DNA from: Chrysomallon squamiferum
Taxonomy: Eukaryota; Animalia; Mollusca
Length of the DNA: 64,000 nt
NCBI GenBank assembly: GCA_012295275.1
Contig: CM022670.1
Span: forward strand, 40,238,001-40,302,000
Direction: 5' to 3'
Every line of letters starts with the position of its first letter. Position 1 is the stretch's first letter. Under the pieces are notes generated by a model, which ran no database searches, had not been told where the DNA came from, and saw nothing but the letters and a program-made list of their open reading frames with translations. The translations under genes were made by a program, and so were the position numbers. Positions 41,105 through 55,507 of this stretch are shown here, piece by piece.

Positions 41105-43415
41105 ACGTGAATAACGTCTGGATTTTTTTTTTCTGTCAACCAGTACCTCGTTCTCTTAACTTTATATACAACCTGCCTATTCATCACTATCAAATAAATA
41201 ACTAACAAAAATCATATACAACAAAGAAAAAAAAAAAAAAAGAACGAAAAAAGAAATCTAATAGAATAAATAAAACAGAAAAGAAAAATTTGAAACTTCT
41301 TGAACATTTCTATATGACTATATCAGGCAACGAGTCCACGACTGGCATACTTGAACAGTTATGTGATGGGGAAAACGTTAAAAAAAAAAATCGCCCTCCT
41401 CACAAGAGCATCTTACAACATCTGAACGTGCATGTTCTTGACTCGACGACGTCAGCTTAACCTTCATCTACATTCTTCAAGTCGGTGCCGTGTACACTTA
41501 ACTCTTTCCAGTTGGCGATAAACTAACACTAGCAGCACTTGTTCCAGTCCAGCTAGAACCAGCGAGAAAGACAGAGATAGGGGAGAATGATAACGAGAAA
41601 CAGTTTGCACAGATTTGTACTTTGAAATCCGGTCACTCGGAGAAACTGAACTGAATACGCAATCACTGTGTTTACTGCTGAGTGTTAACTGTGTTTATTT
41701 AACAGTAAACAAACAAAACCCAATTAAAGTCAAAGTGATGCAACTGTCCTCTGATATATGTGTCTTCCACCGATGTACTTTTAATGTAGCTGGACGAAAT
41801 TACTGAATAACTTCATGCTTAAAAAAACATAAAATAAACATTCAAAATAGCAGTTATTTTACCCACCATTCATGCACACAAATATGCAAATATGCAAATA
41901 ACAAATATGAAGAGAAACATTGTCTAGATAAAACGATTAATGAATATTTACATTCGTTAAAATCATTTATTTAAGCCATAATTCTGTTAAAAACCAAATT
42001 ATGTTTAATACATATTCTTTACTATTTTATCTAAGCATGCATTCATTTACCCAACTTGGCATCCATTAATTCACTCGCGTATCATTCATCAAACAAACAT
42101 CCCATTCATTAATGTCTTCATGAACCCTTTCATTCAGTACATTTATATATTCATTTATTCATTCATTTAATTAAACTGTGTCCATCTATCTGCTATAAAC
42201 TCTAAAAAGAGATGTAAATGAAGCTAACATTTGACAAATAAAACAAACTGGGAAGTTACCATGTGGCCAGCCTCTTGTTATTTTTCTCTCTTTTTTTTTT
42301 TTTTTTTTTTTTTTTTTGTGTACGACTGTCATATTTTTTTTTTTTTTTTTTTTTTCACTCGCTGGCGCGTGCCACATGTACACGTGAACTGAACAAGAAG
42401 TATCAGGTGCAGACAGCTCGTAATTCAAGCCGATAACAAAACGGCTCAGTCTGCCGAGCTTTTGTTACTGGCCTGTACCAAAGGATCAAAGTCCCCGGAT
42501 TTGGAGAGCCGTTGGGGGGGGAACAAAGCCGCGAGGAATCCGACTGGACACGATTCAACACGAAGACTTCGTGAAAGAGAATTTTCAACAATGAGCGTTT
42601 AAGGGGGAAGAGACCGGATAGAGAGAGAAAAGTGGAAAGCAAAAAAAAAATAAAATAAAATAAAATAAAATAAATATTAAAAATTAACAAAAATGGGTTT
42701 GTGTCGTTTTAAGGTGTGGAGAAAAAAACTGCATTCCTCAAGAACTCATTATTTAAATTTCTGTTTTCTTTTACTTTGGTGAAACAGGAAACTGTTGTCT
42801 GAAATATCACCCATCCCTCAAATTTGAAATTATAAATATACCTACCTGCACACACACACACACACACACGCACACACATCCATATTCACATCTACATGCA
42901 TTTATACATGTACATATACAAACAGAGGCGTACATACGAACAATAATTTTAATATCTGGAGACCCACCGGTGTACATACAATTAGTATACCCGCAAATTA
43001 AGCCTATTATGTGACTATTACAATTACGTTCCCGGTGTACACATGAATATTTATTTAACGACACATCTGTATTGGAGAGAACAGCTGTATTATAATAGCA
43101 GTAAAACTGACACACGCCACGAGAGAATGAAACGAAATTTGCTGCTGACGGTCGCTCATTTGCATAAAGCTAAACGATGGTAGGTTCTTTATCAAAATGT
43201 AATAAACCTAAAAAATAATAATAATTTGATGCTTTACATTATTAAATATTAAATGATTATCATAAAGATTATGATAATGATGATTAACAGGAGTAGTAGT
43301 GGTAACAGCAGGATTTGTTTATTAAATATTTATTATTAAAGATTTTCGCAAAAATAATTCTTCGCTGAAAAACTGACTGGATTTAAAAAAAATAAGTTAA
43401 TGAAACACAATCTGG

Positions 43416-43448
<33 letters not shown>

Positions 43449-43927
43449 AGTGTACGAAACGGACATTGTGAAACTTCAGAAATGTGTCGAAATATAACAT
43501 CGAGTCATGAATAATGAAACGAAAAGGTGTTGAATAACGAAAGGAAAAGTACTGAATAATAATGACGTTCACATTATCAGTTGACAGAATGTGTTACACA
43601 GATAACCGGTTCAGTGTACGCCGGCCACACTGCACGTGTCAGTAAATCTGCTTATGTAGCATAACAAGAATTAATTAACATCGACACAACAACTGATATT
43701 AGTTTACCTGTGCTACGAGCGAGCCCGAGGTAACAATGGTGCGTGGGAGTGCAGGCTTTCGTGTGAATCGATTCTGTTGTGAAACCTTTGTCCCAAGTAA
43801 CGTGTTACTTAAATATACTTTTTCTTTGTTAGCTGCCTCCCAGTTAGAACAGCCTTTGTGAGCCACACCTAACAACAGTAGCGCCCATGTCACTGGTCAT
43901 CGAGGTACAGGAGATGGGTTTGACCTT

Positions 43928-44080
<153 letters not shown>

Positions 44081-44586
44081 GATTTATCTTTCCATTTCCG
44101 TAAATTCACTTTTTAGTTGTTTAATTGTTTAGTTGGGCTTTTTTTAATAAATTGTTGTTGTTGTTTTTCTAAAATAAATTATTTATAAATACAGTAAAAT
44201 AAATTTTTGTAATTACAATAATTCTGTATTTTAAGACCATGAGATATTTTTTTTTTCCGGCAAGAATATCCTGCAAAAATGAGTTGAAAGTGTCTTGTCC
44301 ATTAAAGTAGTGGCAATCGAACCAAAAATATTTTACAACTGAAAAGATACGTGACTTCTTAATATGTATTTAAGATCAGTGCGCATTTCCAAACGTGTTT
44401 ACTCGAGTTTTGTTACATTCAGTTTGTTACTACAACAGCTGCTGTTCCTTTCATTGTTCCAGGTACAACATATGTTTATCACTGTCAAGGTAAACATTTA
44501 TTAATAAAATAACAGGTAATAATAAAAATATAACAAAAACGATGGCTTTCTCAATATGTCTGATTCTGCAGTAGTTTTCGTGAACA

Positions 44587-44712
<126 letters not shown>

Positions 44713-46906
44713 TTATATAAATACCGGTGTATATAGATAGTGTATATTGATTATGATTTCATACTTGTAGAAAGACACAATACATATTTCATTGATGACG
44801 ATTATTATTAGATTTAACGTTTACGATGACGAAATAAATTTTTAAGTTATTAAACATGTTTCAGTTTGTTATTTTCGGTGGTAATGTGTCTATAAAACAA
44901 TCCGTAGCCACTAAACAATAGTATGTATATTATATGTGTGTGTGTGTTTGTGTGTGTGTGGTGGGTGTGGGGATGTGTGTGTATACTGGTTAAATTTATA
45001 AATACATAACAATTAAACATATCAATTGCTGGTATATGTATATGTTTGTAATATATATGTATTTTTCACGTTTGTCTCTATCTATTCAGACCGTCAAAAC
45101 AACATGCATCTTTATTACAATTTTTACTGCAAACCTTCGATTTCACATTCTGATGGTGGGTGGGTGACGGGGGACACCGGTCCGGAAAATGCAAATGTCT
45201 GGGAAATCGCGAATTCAAACACGAACCTTAAAATTTGCCGAAACGTGAAACTTTAGTACCTTACACATAACAGTTACATAATAGTTACATAATAGTTACA
45301 TAACAGTTACATAATAGTCAATATAATAATGTAAGAACAATGTAAAAAAAAAAAAGTATATGTAAAGAAATATGCACAGTAGACTGGCTAGTTCAGATGG
45401 TTACTGCAGTAGTTGTGAAGTTTATTCTTCATGTGAAGGAAAATGGGTTGAGAGAAAGTGGCTATGATCGTACAGTTGGACGTAGTATTAAATATGCGAC
45501 GTTATTGTTGTTATTATTATTGTTGTTATTGCTATTGCTAATATTACTGTTATTATTGTGTTTTGTCTTGTGTTGTAGATGGTAGTGTGTGGTTTTCTTT
45601 AACTTCATTTTTCATTTTATTTAATAACATTTTTTTTTTTTTTTTTTTTTTCTGAACTCAAAATACGATAATTAATAATCCAATGAACGTGTTTTTAATC
45701 TTCTCAAAGTCAGTGAATCTTTGCTTAGCTTTTCGCCGTTTGTTTCGCGGCTTGTTTTGCCACGGACCTGATAATTATCGTCTGCTTGTAATCACTGTTG
45801 AAGGACAAAACTGCAGTTTTAACATACACAGAAAATACACGAAAATCCTAAATTTCTGTCTTCGGTTTTGAGTACTTTATATTCACTTCAAAGATTTCAG
45901 CTTTAACTAAAGAACTTTATTTTGTTTGTTTTTTCTTCTTCTTCTTTTTTTTTTTCTGTTGTTTTTTTTCAGTAGTTTTCTTTGTTGCTGTTTTTACGTG
46001 TTTTTTCACTATTCTTACATTATTACTGCTTGCGTTATTATTATTATTACTGTTGGTGGTGGTGGTGCTGCTGCTGCTGTTGTTTTCGCTATCGACGGTT
46101 TTATTTTTGACGCTTTTGTCATTGTTACTGTCATCGTTGTTATTGTTGTTGCAGCTACCTTTTTCTGTTATTGAAGGACGGGATTTTCTGTCTTGTTTCG
46201 AGGATGTTGCCCTTTTTGTGTAAAGTTTTCAATTCAAATTACTCGTTAGTTATGAAACTTTAGTACAAATTGCATTGTCTTGAACGCAATTCTCAGCAAA
46301 TATTTGAAATTCTGTTGTTTTGGGGACTAGGGTTTATCCTGGGTTTTGAGGGTTTTTGGTTCCGTTTTTCTGAAATTTAAAAAAAAAAAAAAAACGTTTA
46401 TAAAATAGCTGGTGATATTTACCGTATTCTGTTGTTTTGCTTTGTTGTTTGTTCGTCGTTTTTATTATTATTTTTTTTTTTTTTTTGGAAGTGGTTTTCA
46501 GCGAAAATTTGTTCATCTGCTTACTGGGAATGAGTTTTTAAGTTATATAAAAATATTATTTTTAAATATTTCCATCATATAACATCAGTTTGTGTAATAA
46601 ACATCCACCCGATGTTCGATGTTGAACAATGACGGGGAAAGAAAGAAAGAACTGTAATAACGTAACAACCCAACAGAAATGTGACAGCTGGGCGAAAATA
46701 TTTTAGAAAAATAAAACACAGACAAATAACCATGACTACAGAGTTACGTGTACGTCATCCAGTCTGACGTCATAGACAGTTAATTTATTATTTCACAGGG
46801 TGTGGCCTACACGTAGCTGTTTCCAAATACAGTAAAATTAATATAACAAAAAAAGAAAAACGCTATATTCAGTTTATTCAGACAACCCAGATGGGTAAAA
46901 TCAAAT

Positions 46907-46941
<35 letters not shown>

Positions 46942-47329
46942 GAATTCAGCTTAGCCTTCGTACAACTAATTCTACCAGATATACATGCTATATGTCTTAG
47001 TAATCAATGCCCCACAAAATATCTTGGCCTCAGTATTACAGACATGATACTATAGACCATACATTATCATTAGTAAAGCTTCGATTAACACTGACAGCCA
47101 GTAGGGTAGCGTCCCTATTGACATATTTCCCTTTGTTCTATAAAATACCCATGACGGACGTGCTTCAGCCCTCACAAAGATTTCAGCACGTTTTTGTCTC
47201 ACTGATAAAACAGACCAAAAGTGTATCAGTTTGATAATGTGGGTCTATTACAGGTGAAAGGATGTTACTGATATTTCTGTATTACAACTAAACAAAAAAC
47301 ATGTAAGAAGCCATTTGTTCATTTTTGTG

Positions 47330-47335
47330 TTTATT
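47330..47335 (-). terminator. Candidate polyadenylation signal for copy 3
   Basis: AATAAA on - strand at the end of an AU-rich tract, with GT-rich downstream sequence. Confidence 0.4.
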
Positions 47336-47936
47336 TGATATAAATCACACATTTACAAAACATTTCTCATTGTTTATACCGAATCTAGATACAGATTCGG
47401 ATATTACCTTTTAATTATAATCTTTCTTCTAAAAGAACATACAGACATAAACATTTGCATGCACTTATATAGATAAATGTACATTAATGATGATATCTAA
47501 GTATTTTTGATTGTCTTTTTCATGAAACTTTACTTCAGAGACAATTAGACCATTCTTAATAAGAAGAAAAATTATCGAGTTGTCAATCACAAGATGTTTT
47601 TTTTTTTTTTTAATGAAACAATGACATGATCACTATTTAGAAAAATAAACGTATATTTTTGGTGAAATGTTTGTTTCCATTGATCTTTGAACTGTCATAT
47701 CGAAAACTGGATTCTTTTTCTGTCGAAACAAGAATTGTTTGGCCGTGATTAATGGCAATGAATGAAACTTCCTGCTTCACCGAGGAAAGTAAAAATGTAA
47801 CTGTTAGTCAATAGACAGTCACTGACGACATGTTCACAGGTAAATGACGAAACTGTCAAAGATCACGGCTGGAAATCGATACAGTTCGTTGATGTAATAC
47901 ATCGATTGGGTCTTAATTCACACATGATATTTTGAC

Positions 47937-48056
47937 GGTTCACTGGTGATTATGTCACAGTTCAATTATGATAATGTCACAGTTCACTGATGATAATGTC
48001 ACAGTTCACTGGTGCTAATGTCAGAGTTCACTGATGATAAGGTCACAGCTCACTAA
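47937..48056. repeat. 22-bp minisatellite x5 in the predicted copy 3 3'UTR
   Basis: ATGTCACAGTTCACTGATGATA with variants. Confidence 0.85.
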
Positions 48057-48377
48057 AAGAACAGTTTACTGATGAAATAATCACTACAGTTTCAGTGATG
48101 AAATGACCCAACGTAATCGATGAAACTTCCATTGGCGTAGGTCACAGAGTAATCGATCGTACGTCATTGATGATTTTGTCAAGGTCAGTGATGAAATATT
48201 CTTGATCTGCTCTCGTCTGACGACAAGCTGGAAACATTCAGATTCAGCTTACATCATTTTCTGACGTCATTCCATGTTCGCCCTCGCAGTCGAGTCACTG
48301 GCAAGCTAGACCTATACTAAGAAGCTCTGTGGCAAATCATTTCTTTAATGCAGTGATGAAACAGAGTTTGGGATCCT

Positions 48378-48753
48378 CTGAAAAAATAGATAAAATAAAG
48401 AAAATATTAATATTTTATATTTAGAATGACACACTAAATAAAAACAAGTTTTGTTATTCTTTCAGATTTTCATAACAAATCTCTGTTATAAGCAGCTGTC
48501 AACAGAATCTGCTTGTCAGACTATTATATTACATTACTAATCTTTCTGACAAACAAAAACAATATTTACTAGGACAATTAGAAAAAAACACACAAAAAAA
48601 ATATCTAAATCGTAAGATTATAATGATTTAACTATTGTCATTGTGAATCTTAAATTTTTTTTTCCTAATCGGTTAATATAGCCTCCATTGTAATGTTTTT
48701 TTAACTGAGATTGAAAACAAAACGGTGTTTATGAAATATCTGATGATGTTTAC
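48378..48753 (-). other. Putative 3'UTR intron of GADD45 copy 3
   Basis: CAG|GTAAAC 37 nt after stop; acceptor tctattttttcag|AGGATCCCA. Confidence 0.7.
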
Positions 48754-48790
48754 CTGATACGTGCATTATGGGTTCGGTGATGAATGATGT

Positions 48791-48898
48791 TCATACGGGT
48801 AACTCGATGACGACGCTGCAGGCCATGTTGCTGTTGAGAGTTCTCTCAAAAAACTCGCACACGGCATTGTCTTCCGCACTCCACGTGTCTTGCGGAAA
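48791..48898 (-). CDS. GADD45: GADD45 copy 3 coding exon 4 (with TGA)
   Basis: gtttttcag| FPQDTWSAED...VVIELPV*; 108 nt as in copy 2. Confidence 0.92.
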   Translation of the reverse strand, partial: FPQDTWSAEDNAVCEFFERTLNSNMACSVVIELPV

Positions 48899-50110
48899 CT
48901 GAAAAACGAAAACAAAAAACACATTAGAACGTGAAAGCAAAAAACGTGCCGCTATGAATTTGTCTAGGAAGGATTTAAACAAGATCCCGAGTTCTAGAAA
49001 ACCGTACACACACATATACTATTGACATTCGATACAGATCTTAAACTATAAGCAAATCAACAGGTTCTATTTAAATGACGCAGTATGAAGATTTCAGTAT
49101 TGGAATGCTTGTTAATTTTAAGCGATAACAACATTAAGAGAAAAACTGAAGGTTTTGCATAAATTCAATATTTACCTCTAGCAGCAAAGAGCTGACGTCA
49201 CTTGAAGTAATGGTACGTGGTGTCATGTTGTCAGTTTTCTCCTCTGAACTTGCGTTCAGAATCTGAGCCAGTTTTTTAGCTGAATCAACCTGAAGTGAAA
49301 AATAAAACACCCTTTGAAATATGATTATAATGCCTATGTTGACACTTATACACACATATATATGAACCCACACAATACGCACATGCTTTTGATTTAAATA
49401 CGTTAACTGTACTTCATAAGTTAATAGCGTTTTAGTAATAACAGTAATTTAATAAGCTGATAATTTAACTATGTTTTAATAATACATTAAACTTTGTTGT
49501 TTTTAATAAATAACTGTATTTTAATAAGTTGTGTTATACAACAAGTTATTAGTTTTGATTATACACACCATGATCATTTTGATGTCGTTTTCCCAGCAGA
49601 ACGCCTTGATGAGAGTGTGCTGAATGTGCACGGTTACGTCGTTGGCATTGTCGGCCTGGGGCAGAATGCACAGCATGACGTTGTCGGGGTTGCAGCTAAG
49701 CAGCTTGGCACACTCAAAGACCCCGCACGTGACGCGGTTGGAGGTTTTGGCCTGTTGGAGACACGTCTTCAGTGCCTGCCCGATATCAACCGAGTTTCTG
49801 AAGAAAAAACAAACAAACAATAATTATTTATTATATAACAGTCCATGCAACAATCCTCTTTTTTAAATCCATACATATTTTTTTATATACTTTTCTTATT
49901 TGTAGTCTACGTTTTTTTTGACTCGTTTTTGCCTCACATTCGCACAGGCACAAATAGATAATGTTTATCTTCACACAAAGGTAAAAGGCGAAACGTTCGT
50001 TTGTGACGTCACAAAGTCACGTACTCAGTGTTCGTTGAACTTGTTTACTGTCGTATCTTTCAGGTGAAACACGAAGCCGCAGTTTAACAATACATGTAAT
50101 TACGTATATG

Positions 50111-50168
<58 letters not shown>

Positions 50169-50709
50169 TTTTAGCATATATTGTTACGAAAATAGGTTAA
50201 GCGTACAAAAGCACTAAATGTTCGGGGTTTTTTTGTGGTGGTTTTTTTTTTTTTTTGCATAATCATCTTCTTGCTCGATTTCTAATTCTGCTCTTTTTTT
50301 AAATTCACAAAGACTTTTATCTGGCATGTATAATTCCCAGTTCATTTCGTGCGCGTGATGAAATATCAGTGAATGTATAAAGTGCGTAGTCATAGGACGC
50401 TAAAAATAGACTTGGCACAGAAACCTATGTATGACGAGCAAAAACGGAACATTTTTCGTTTCTCGCTTAAACAGAATCACTGACATTTCAGTGTCCACCA
50501 TTAACATATTCATGCAGAGTTCGCAAAACACATTTTACTAATCTTATAAGTCATTTTGCAGAATTAATAACGAAAAAAAACGTTTTTTTTTCATTGCATG
50601 CATCCTAACCACTAAACTCATTTACAAATAGAATAAAAAATAGTTTTCAAAATGATATTACTTACTTTTCTGAATTTTCCATTGTCGTTGACACAGATGT
50701 AAGAGTCAT
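48791..50709 (-). CDS. GADD45: GADD45-family protein, copy 3 (164 aa); complement(join(48791..48898,49176..49289,49569..49797,50666..50709))
   Basis: In-frame GT-AG splicing (44+229+114+108=495 nt): MTLTSVSTTMENSEKNSVDIGQALKTCLQQAKTSNRVTCGVFECAKLLSCNPDNVMLCILPQADNANDVTVHIQHTLIKAFCWENDIKMIMVDSAKKLAQIL...DVSSLLLEFPQDTWSAEDNAVCEFFERTLNSNMACSVVIELPV*; same exon layout as copy 2. Confidence 0.95.
49176..49289 (-). CDS. GADD45: GADD45 copy 3 coding exon 3
   Basis: cacttcag| VDSAKKLAQIL...DVSSLLLE |gtaaat. Confidence 0.92.
49569..49797 (-). CDS. GADD45: GADD45 copy 3 coding exon 2
   Basis: ttcttcag| NSVDIG...GVFECAKLL...AFCWENDIKMIM |gtgtgt; 229 nt as in copy 2. Confidence 0.95.
50666..50709 (-). 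CDS. GADD45: GADD45 copy 3 coding exon 1
   Basis: caacATG ACT CTT ACA (MTLT...) ... GAA AA|gtaagt, phase 2. Confidence 0.85.
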
Positions 50710-50806
50710 GTTGTTGTACAAAGTATTCCAAATGAAAAACAAGAAAGTAATTAAAATGTCCGCTTGTAAAAACAAACACGTCTTGATTACAGTATCGCTG
50801 AGACTT

Positions 50807-50886
50807 CACTGAACTGTACTCACTCGTCTGCTATTTGTAATATGAAACAGAGGGCGGGGCGTTATCAGGAAGACTGTTTTCATTGG
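50807..50886 (-). promoter_or_regulatory. Core promoter of GADD45 copy 3
   Basis: CCAAT (50882-50886), GC box GGGCGGGG (50852-50859), TATA-like TACAAATA (50832-50839), Inr-like TCAGTG (50807-50812). Confidence 0.55.
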
Positions 50887-51426
50887 TCAAATCTTGAAAC
50901 GCGACCTGGTTAACGTCTCGATTCCGCGGTCGCTATATAGAACTAGTACTACGAGGGGTTATAACCTACAGAAACTTTATATCATGAATTAGCTGTATTA
51001 TACACCTACATATTAGTATTTTAATCGTGTATGCTTTGTTATATAACAATAAGGTCGCATTACGGGCTAGTACGACTGGGCTACGTTCCTGGGAAAAAAA
51101 TCCCGTTTCGATCATGTGTGTTTTGAGCTTGCATCATCTCGTTTAGCCAAGTCCAGTCTTGTTACGACTCGTGTTTCACTTCTGCGTAAACAAACACTGC
51201 TTACTTACTTAGAAACCAGCGATCCCGTGACGAAGCACGAGACAAGTTATGCTCTATGTTTAATCGCTAAATGAATAAGCCTTTCATTTCATGCTTACTT
51301 TCTGGTATTTATAATACTTGCTCCAGCGCATAATGCTACTGGGAATTTCCATGTGTTTAAAATAATTGAATGCATGTGTGTATTTACATCACTGTTTTTT
51401 AACCCGTTATTATTATTATTATCATA

Positions 51427-51498
<72 letters not shown>

Positions 51499-53394
51499 AT
51501 TTATTTAATTATTGCATTTATTTTTTATTTTCATTATCTTTTTTTTTCAAATAATTTTTAACGCCGGGATCGTTCATGTTAAATTTTATATTTGTCATAA
51601 AAGTACAATGAATTACGTAGTGATGTTATAAACGCTTTAGTAAATATTCAGTGTTCAGAGTCCCCCCCCCCCATCGTGTATATTATTAACACAGAACGTA
51701 AAAACTTGATACACTGACGACTGGATGAATGATGTGGATTGACAGATGAACGAATACATTAATGAATGACAGATAGATGGGTGGATAAATGAATAGAATA
51801 CTTGTTTATAGGATAGATAGCTGCTACTTAAAAGCTTCGTTTTATGCAAATTTTAATTTCCAATCACTGATGGTTTAATTAATAAAATGGATGAATTCAT
51901 TTGTACCAGTTTGTGAATTATTTCACCTCACCCCCCCCTTCTCTGTCCCATATTTAATAACCCATGACGTAAGTTCCACGTCAGCCTTCGTTTCTTCAGA
52001 AAGGATGGATGAATTTATGTATTCATTTTCAAACCGTTTCCTGCACCAAAACAGTGCAGCATGTGATAATAATTCACGAATAATAAATGCAGAATTTTCT
52101 CACATTGTTCATTTGCGAATGTTAAGAGTTAACACAATGTATGTACGTGGCGCCTGTCATACAGTCCTATTTCATAACCGTCCTAAAACTCGCCATATTC
52201 AATACACACGTTGCCAGAAATGGCTATCGAATCAAGACTCAGTCTGTAATGTCGTGCAACTACGGGTCTTAACCCGGTCAGAGAAAAATGGGGGACATCA
52301 CATTTGTATATATATAAAACATTAGAAATAGAAAAAAAAATATATTAAATACAAAAAAAAAAAAATTAAAAAAAAAAAAAGTGAAATAAAAAAAAATTTA
52401 ATGAACTGATGCAAAAAAAAAAAAAATAAATAAATTAAATAATAAATAAAATGAAAAAAATAATAATAATAAAATAAAAATAAAATAAAATAAAATAAAA
52501 TAAAATAAAATAAAATATAAAAAAAAATAATAATAATAAAATAAATAAAAATACAATAAAACGAAACGAAATGAAATAAAATAAAATAAAATGCATTACG
52601 GTGCACTAACTATGAACCAAAATATAACTACAGTGACAGGCAGCAGTTAAGATTCACCGTGACAAATAACACACAACAAAGAGCTTCCCGCGGTCTGTCT
52701 GTCTGTCTGTCTGTCTGTAACAGTGACGTAAGGTACACGCCGCTCTTGAAGAAACTTTCCTCTTTGTCAGTCGAGCTATTTTTGAAGCTGACTCTTCATT
52801 TTATAATTCTTTTCAGCAGCAGAAACATAATTACCCAGCAAAACGTACTTGACGACTCCACGCCATGAAGTTATTTCAATATACATATATTTATATATAT
52901 ATATTTTTTTTTTTTTTACATTTTTTAACGCCTAAAGTGATTATAAATAAAAATGAATTCATTTTGCTTTGATCTGCTTGCGATTTACTGAGGTTTTCAT
53001 CAACCCGTTATAAATACGTTAAGCTATTTTCGGCGTATTAAAAAGGTGAAAAAAGAAATAAAAATTCAGCTCTGTTCTTTTTATCTGTTTCAGATCTTGC
53101 GTATCCAGTGCTTGGAACGAGACTAGAGCATCCATTGTATTGCCATATCTGCTTTCGTCTGTATTTTTATATCGCTACCGTTTTGATCTTAAATTCAAAG
53201 TATATAACCCAAACAGCTTAAATAAGGAAATGAAGAGTAACATAAAAATATTTATAAACTTCAGAAAAAAAAAAAGTTTAAAGATAATAAAATTCGTGTA
53301 TTTAAATATATATATAATTTATATTTCTTTGTTTTGTTGCTGTCTTATTGACGAATCAGACTATATATATATATCGGTGCATTAAACAAAGATG

Positions 53395-53426
<32 letters not shown>

Positions 53427-53771
53427 TTGATGCTACGTGAGACTTCTGTATGAGTCAGCGGTTAAACACGGGTTACCACACTGAATAATGACTAAGTGAG
53501 AAGCCAATTTTGCCAACGTTTATTTTATCACGGAGCGAAAAGAACATAAAAACCATCGTTTGTGCAGGATAATTATAACACATAGTATGTGTAACAGACA
53601 CGTGTGTGTGCGTGTGTGTGTACTGTCCCATGACGGTTGCATGTACACACACACACACGCACGCACGCACGCACACACACACATACACGCACGCACACAC
53701 ACACACACACGCACACACACATATACAGGTATATAAACTTTTGTCCTGTACACAAATGATATGTCCACACA

Positions 53772-53802
<31 letters not shown>

Positions 53803-55465
53803 CATATACAGCAATATAGTGATATAATGCTATATATAGGCATAAAACAGTACATTTTCATAACATTCAGTAATACACACAAAGTAACTTTATTAGTGAA
53901 CAAAATTAAAACTACTATTTCACATTCCAACTATTCCTCCTTTTCCTTATATCAAAGACGTCTGAGGGGAGGAGAGGCTATTCTTTTATTTTTTTTTTTT
54001 TTTTATTTATTAATTCTTAAGACATGACGACGTAAAGTTACAAATTACTCAGCAAAATCTACACTTCCTCTAATGTAACACTTATAGTGACAGTCACTAG
54101 TAACCACACTGTAACACTTACATTCATAATCACTGCAACACTTAAACCGACAGTTACTAACTGTAGTAGTAGCTGTAGTAGTTGTTATTGCTGTTGCTGA
54201 CGTAGACGTGATAACAGCAGCGGTAATGGTGATAGCGCTGGGTGTGGTGGTAGGAGTGAACTGGAGTAATGACTGGGGCCAGCTTGTTCACAGTGAAGTA
54301 CGTTGTCACTCACTCACTGAGTGTGGCTTCTGATTGCGGTAGACAGATTGGTTATGTGAGACATTTCCTGCACGTCATAGGTAAACACTGCCGTGCATTC
54401 CGAAAACAGTTACAACCTAATCTGTTTCCCCTACACCGCCGTAATATCACCGCTTCGTTTAGTCATTCATATATCTGCTTGCTCTACGGAAAAATTAGGG
54501 AGTGGGGGTTTCTGAAATTTTTAAGAAATGTTTTAATGATTAATTTCTGTAATTTATGCATTTATATGTACGTACATGCAGATATATGTGCACACAAACA
54601 CTCATGAACATGCGCTTACGTAAATACATATATACAGACAGACATACACACACACACAGACAAACATATATACATACATACACATACATACACATACATA
54701 CAGGCACACACACACATACACACAAAAATATACAGACAGAGAGGTACTTAAATACATACATACATACACTCACACATACATACATATAGACATACACACA
54801 TACATATACATACAGCCATACATACACGTACATACAGGCAAAAACACACACATACACACAGACACAAACACACAGACAGAGAGGTACATATACATACATA
54901 CATACATACATACATACATACATGCAGACGTTTTCCACTTTATTTTATTTGTACGCATTTATTTCTCAAATTTCAAATTTAGCTGTATGTACACGTATTT
55001 TAAAACAAGACATTTAACCGTTTAAACGTCGTCACCTACAAAATTAATGTGAGTTTATTCAGTCCGTGTACTTTGTACCTCGATACTTTTTTTCTTCTTC
55101 TTTATGCTTTGTTCTTTTATCCGCGTGTTCCTGCAGTGGTATCGGAAAACTGACCCAGCCACGCACGAAATTAAAACACTTCACATTCTTTGCGTTGTTA
55201 GCGTACAAGACATATTCAGTGTTAAAATCATGCGCAGACTTGCTCAGGTACAAGTTAGTTTTATCTCGATCCCGCAGACAGCTGTCACATAGATAACAGA
55301 GATATAATGAAGAAATGTAACTGTCTTTAAAAAATAACAATAGCAACTGTGATAGTAGTAGTTGTTGTTGGTGTTGCTGATTATTGACGTGACAGAAGTA
55401 GTTTTAATGGTGATAGCGATATAGCTGTGGTCGTAGTGTCAGTAGAGGGACAGTAGTAATAGTTA

Positions 55466-55507
<42 letters not shown>

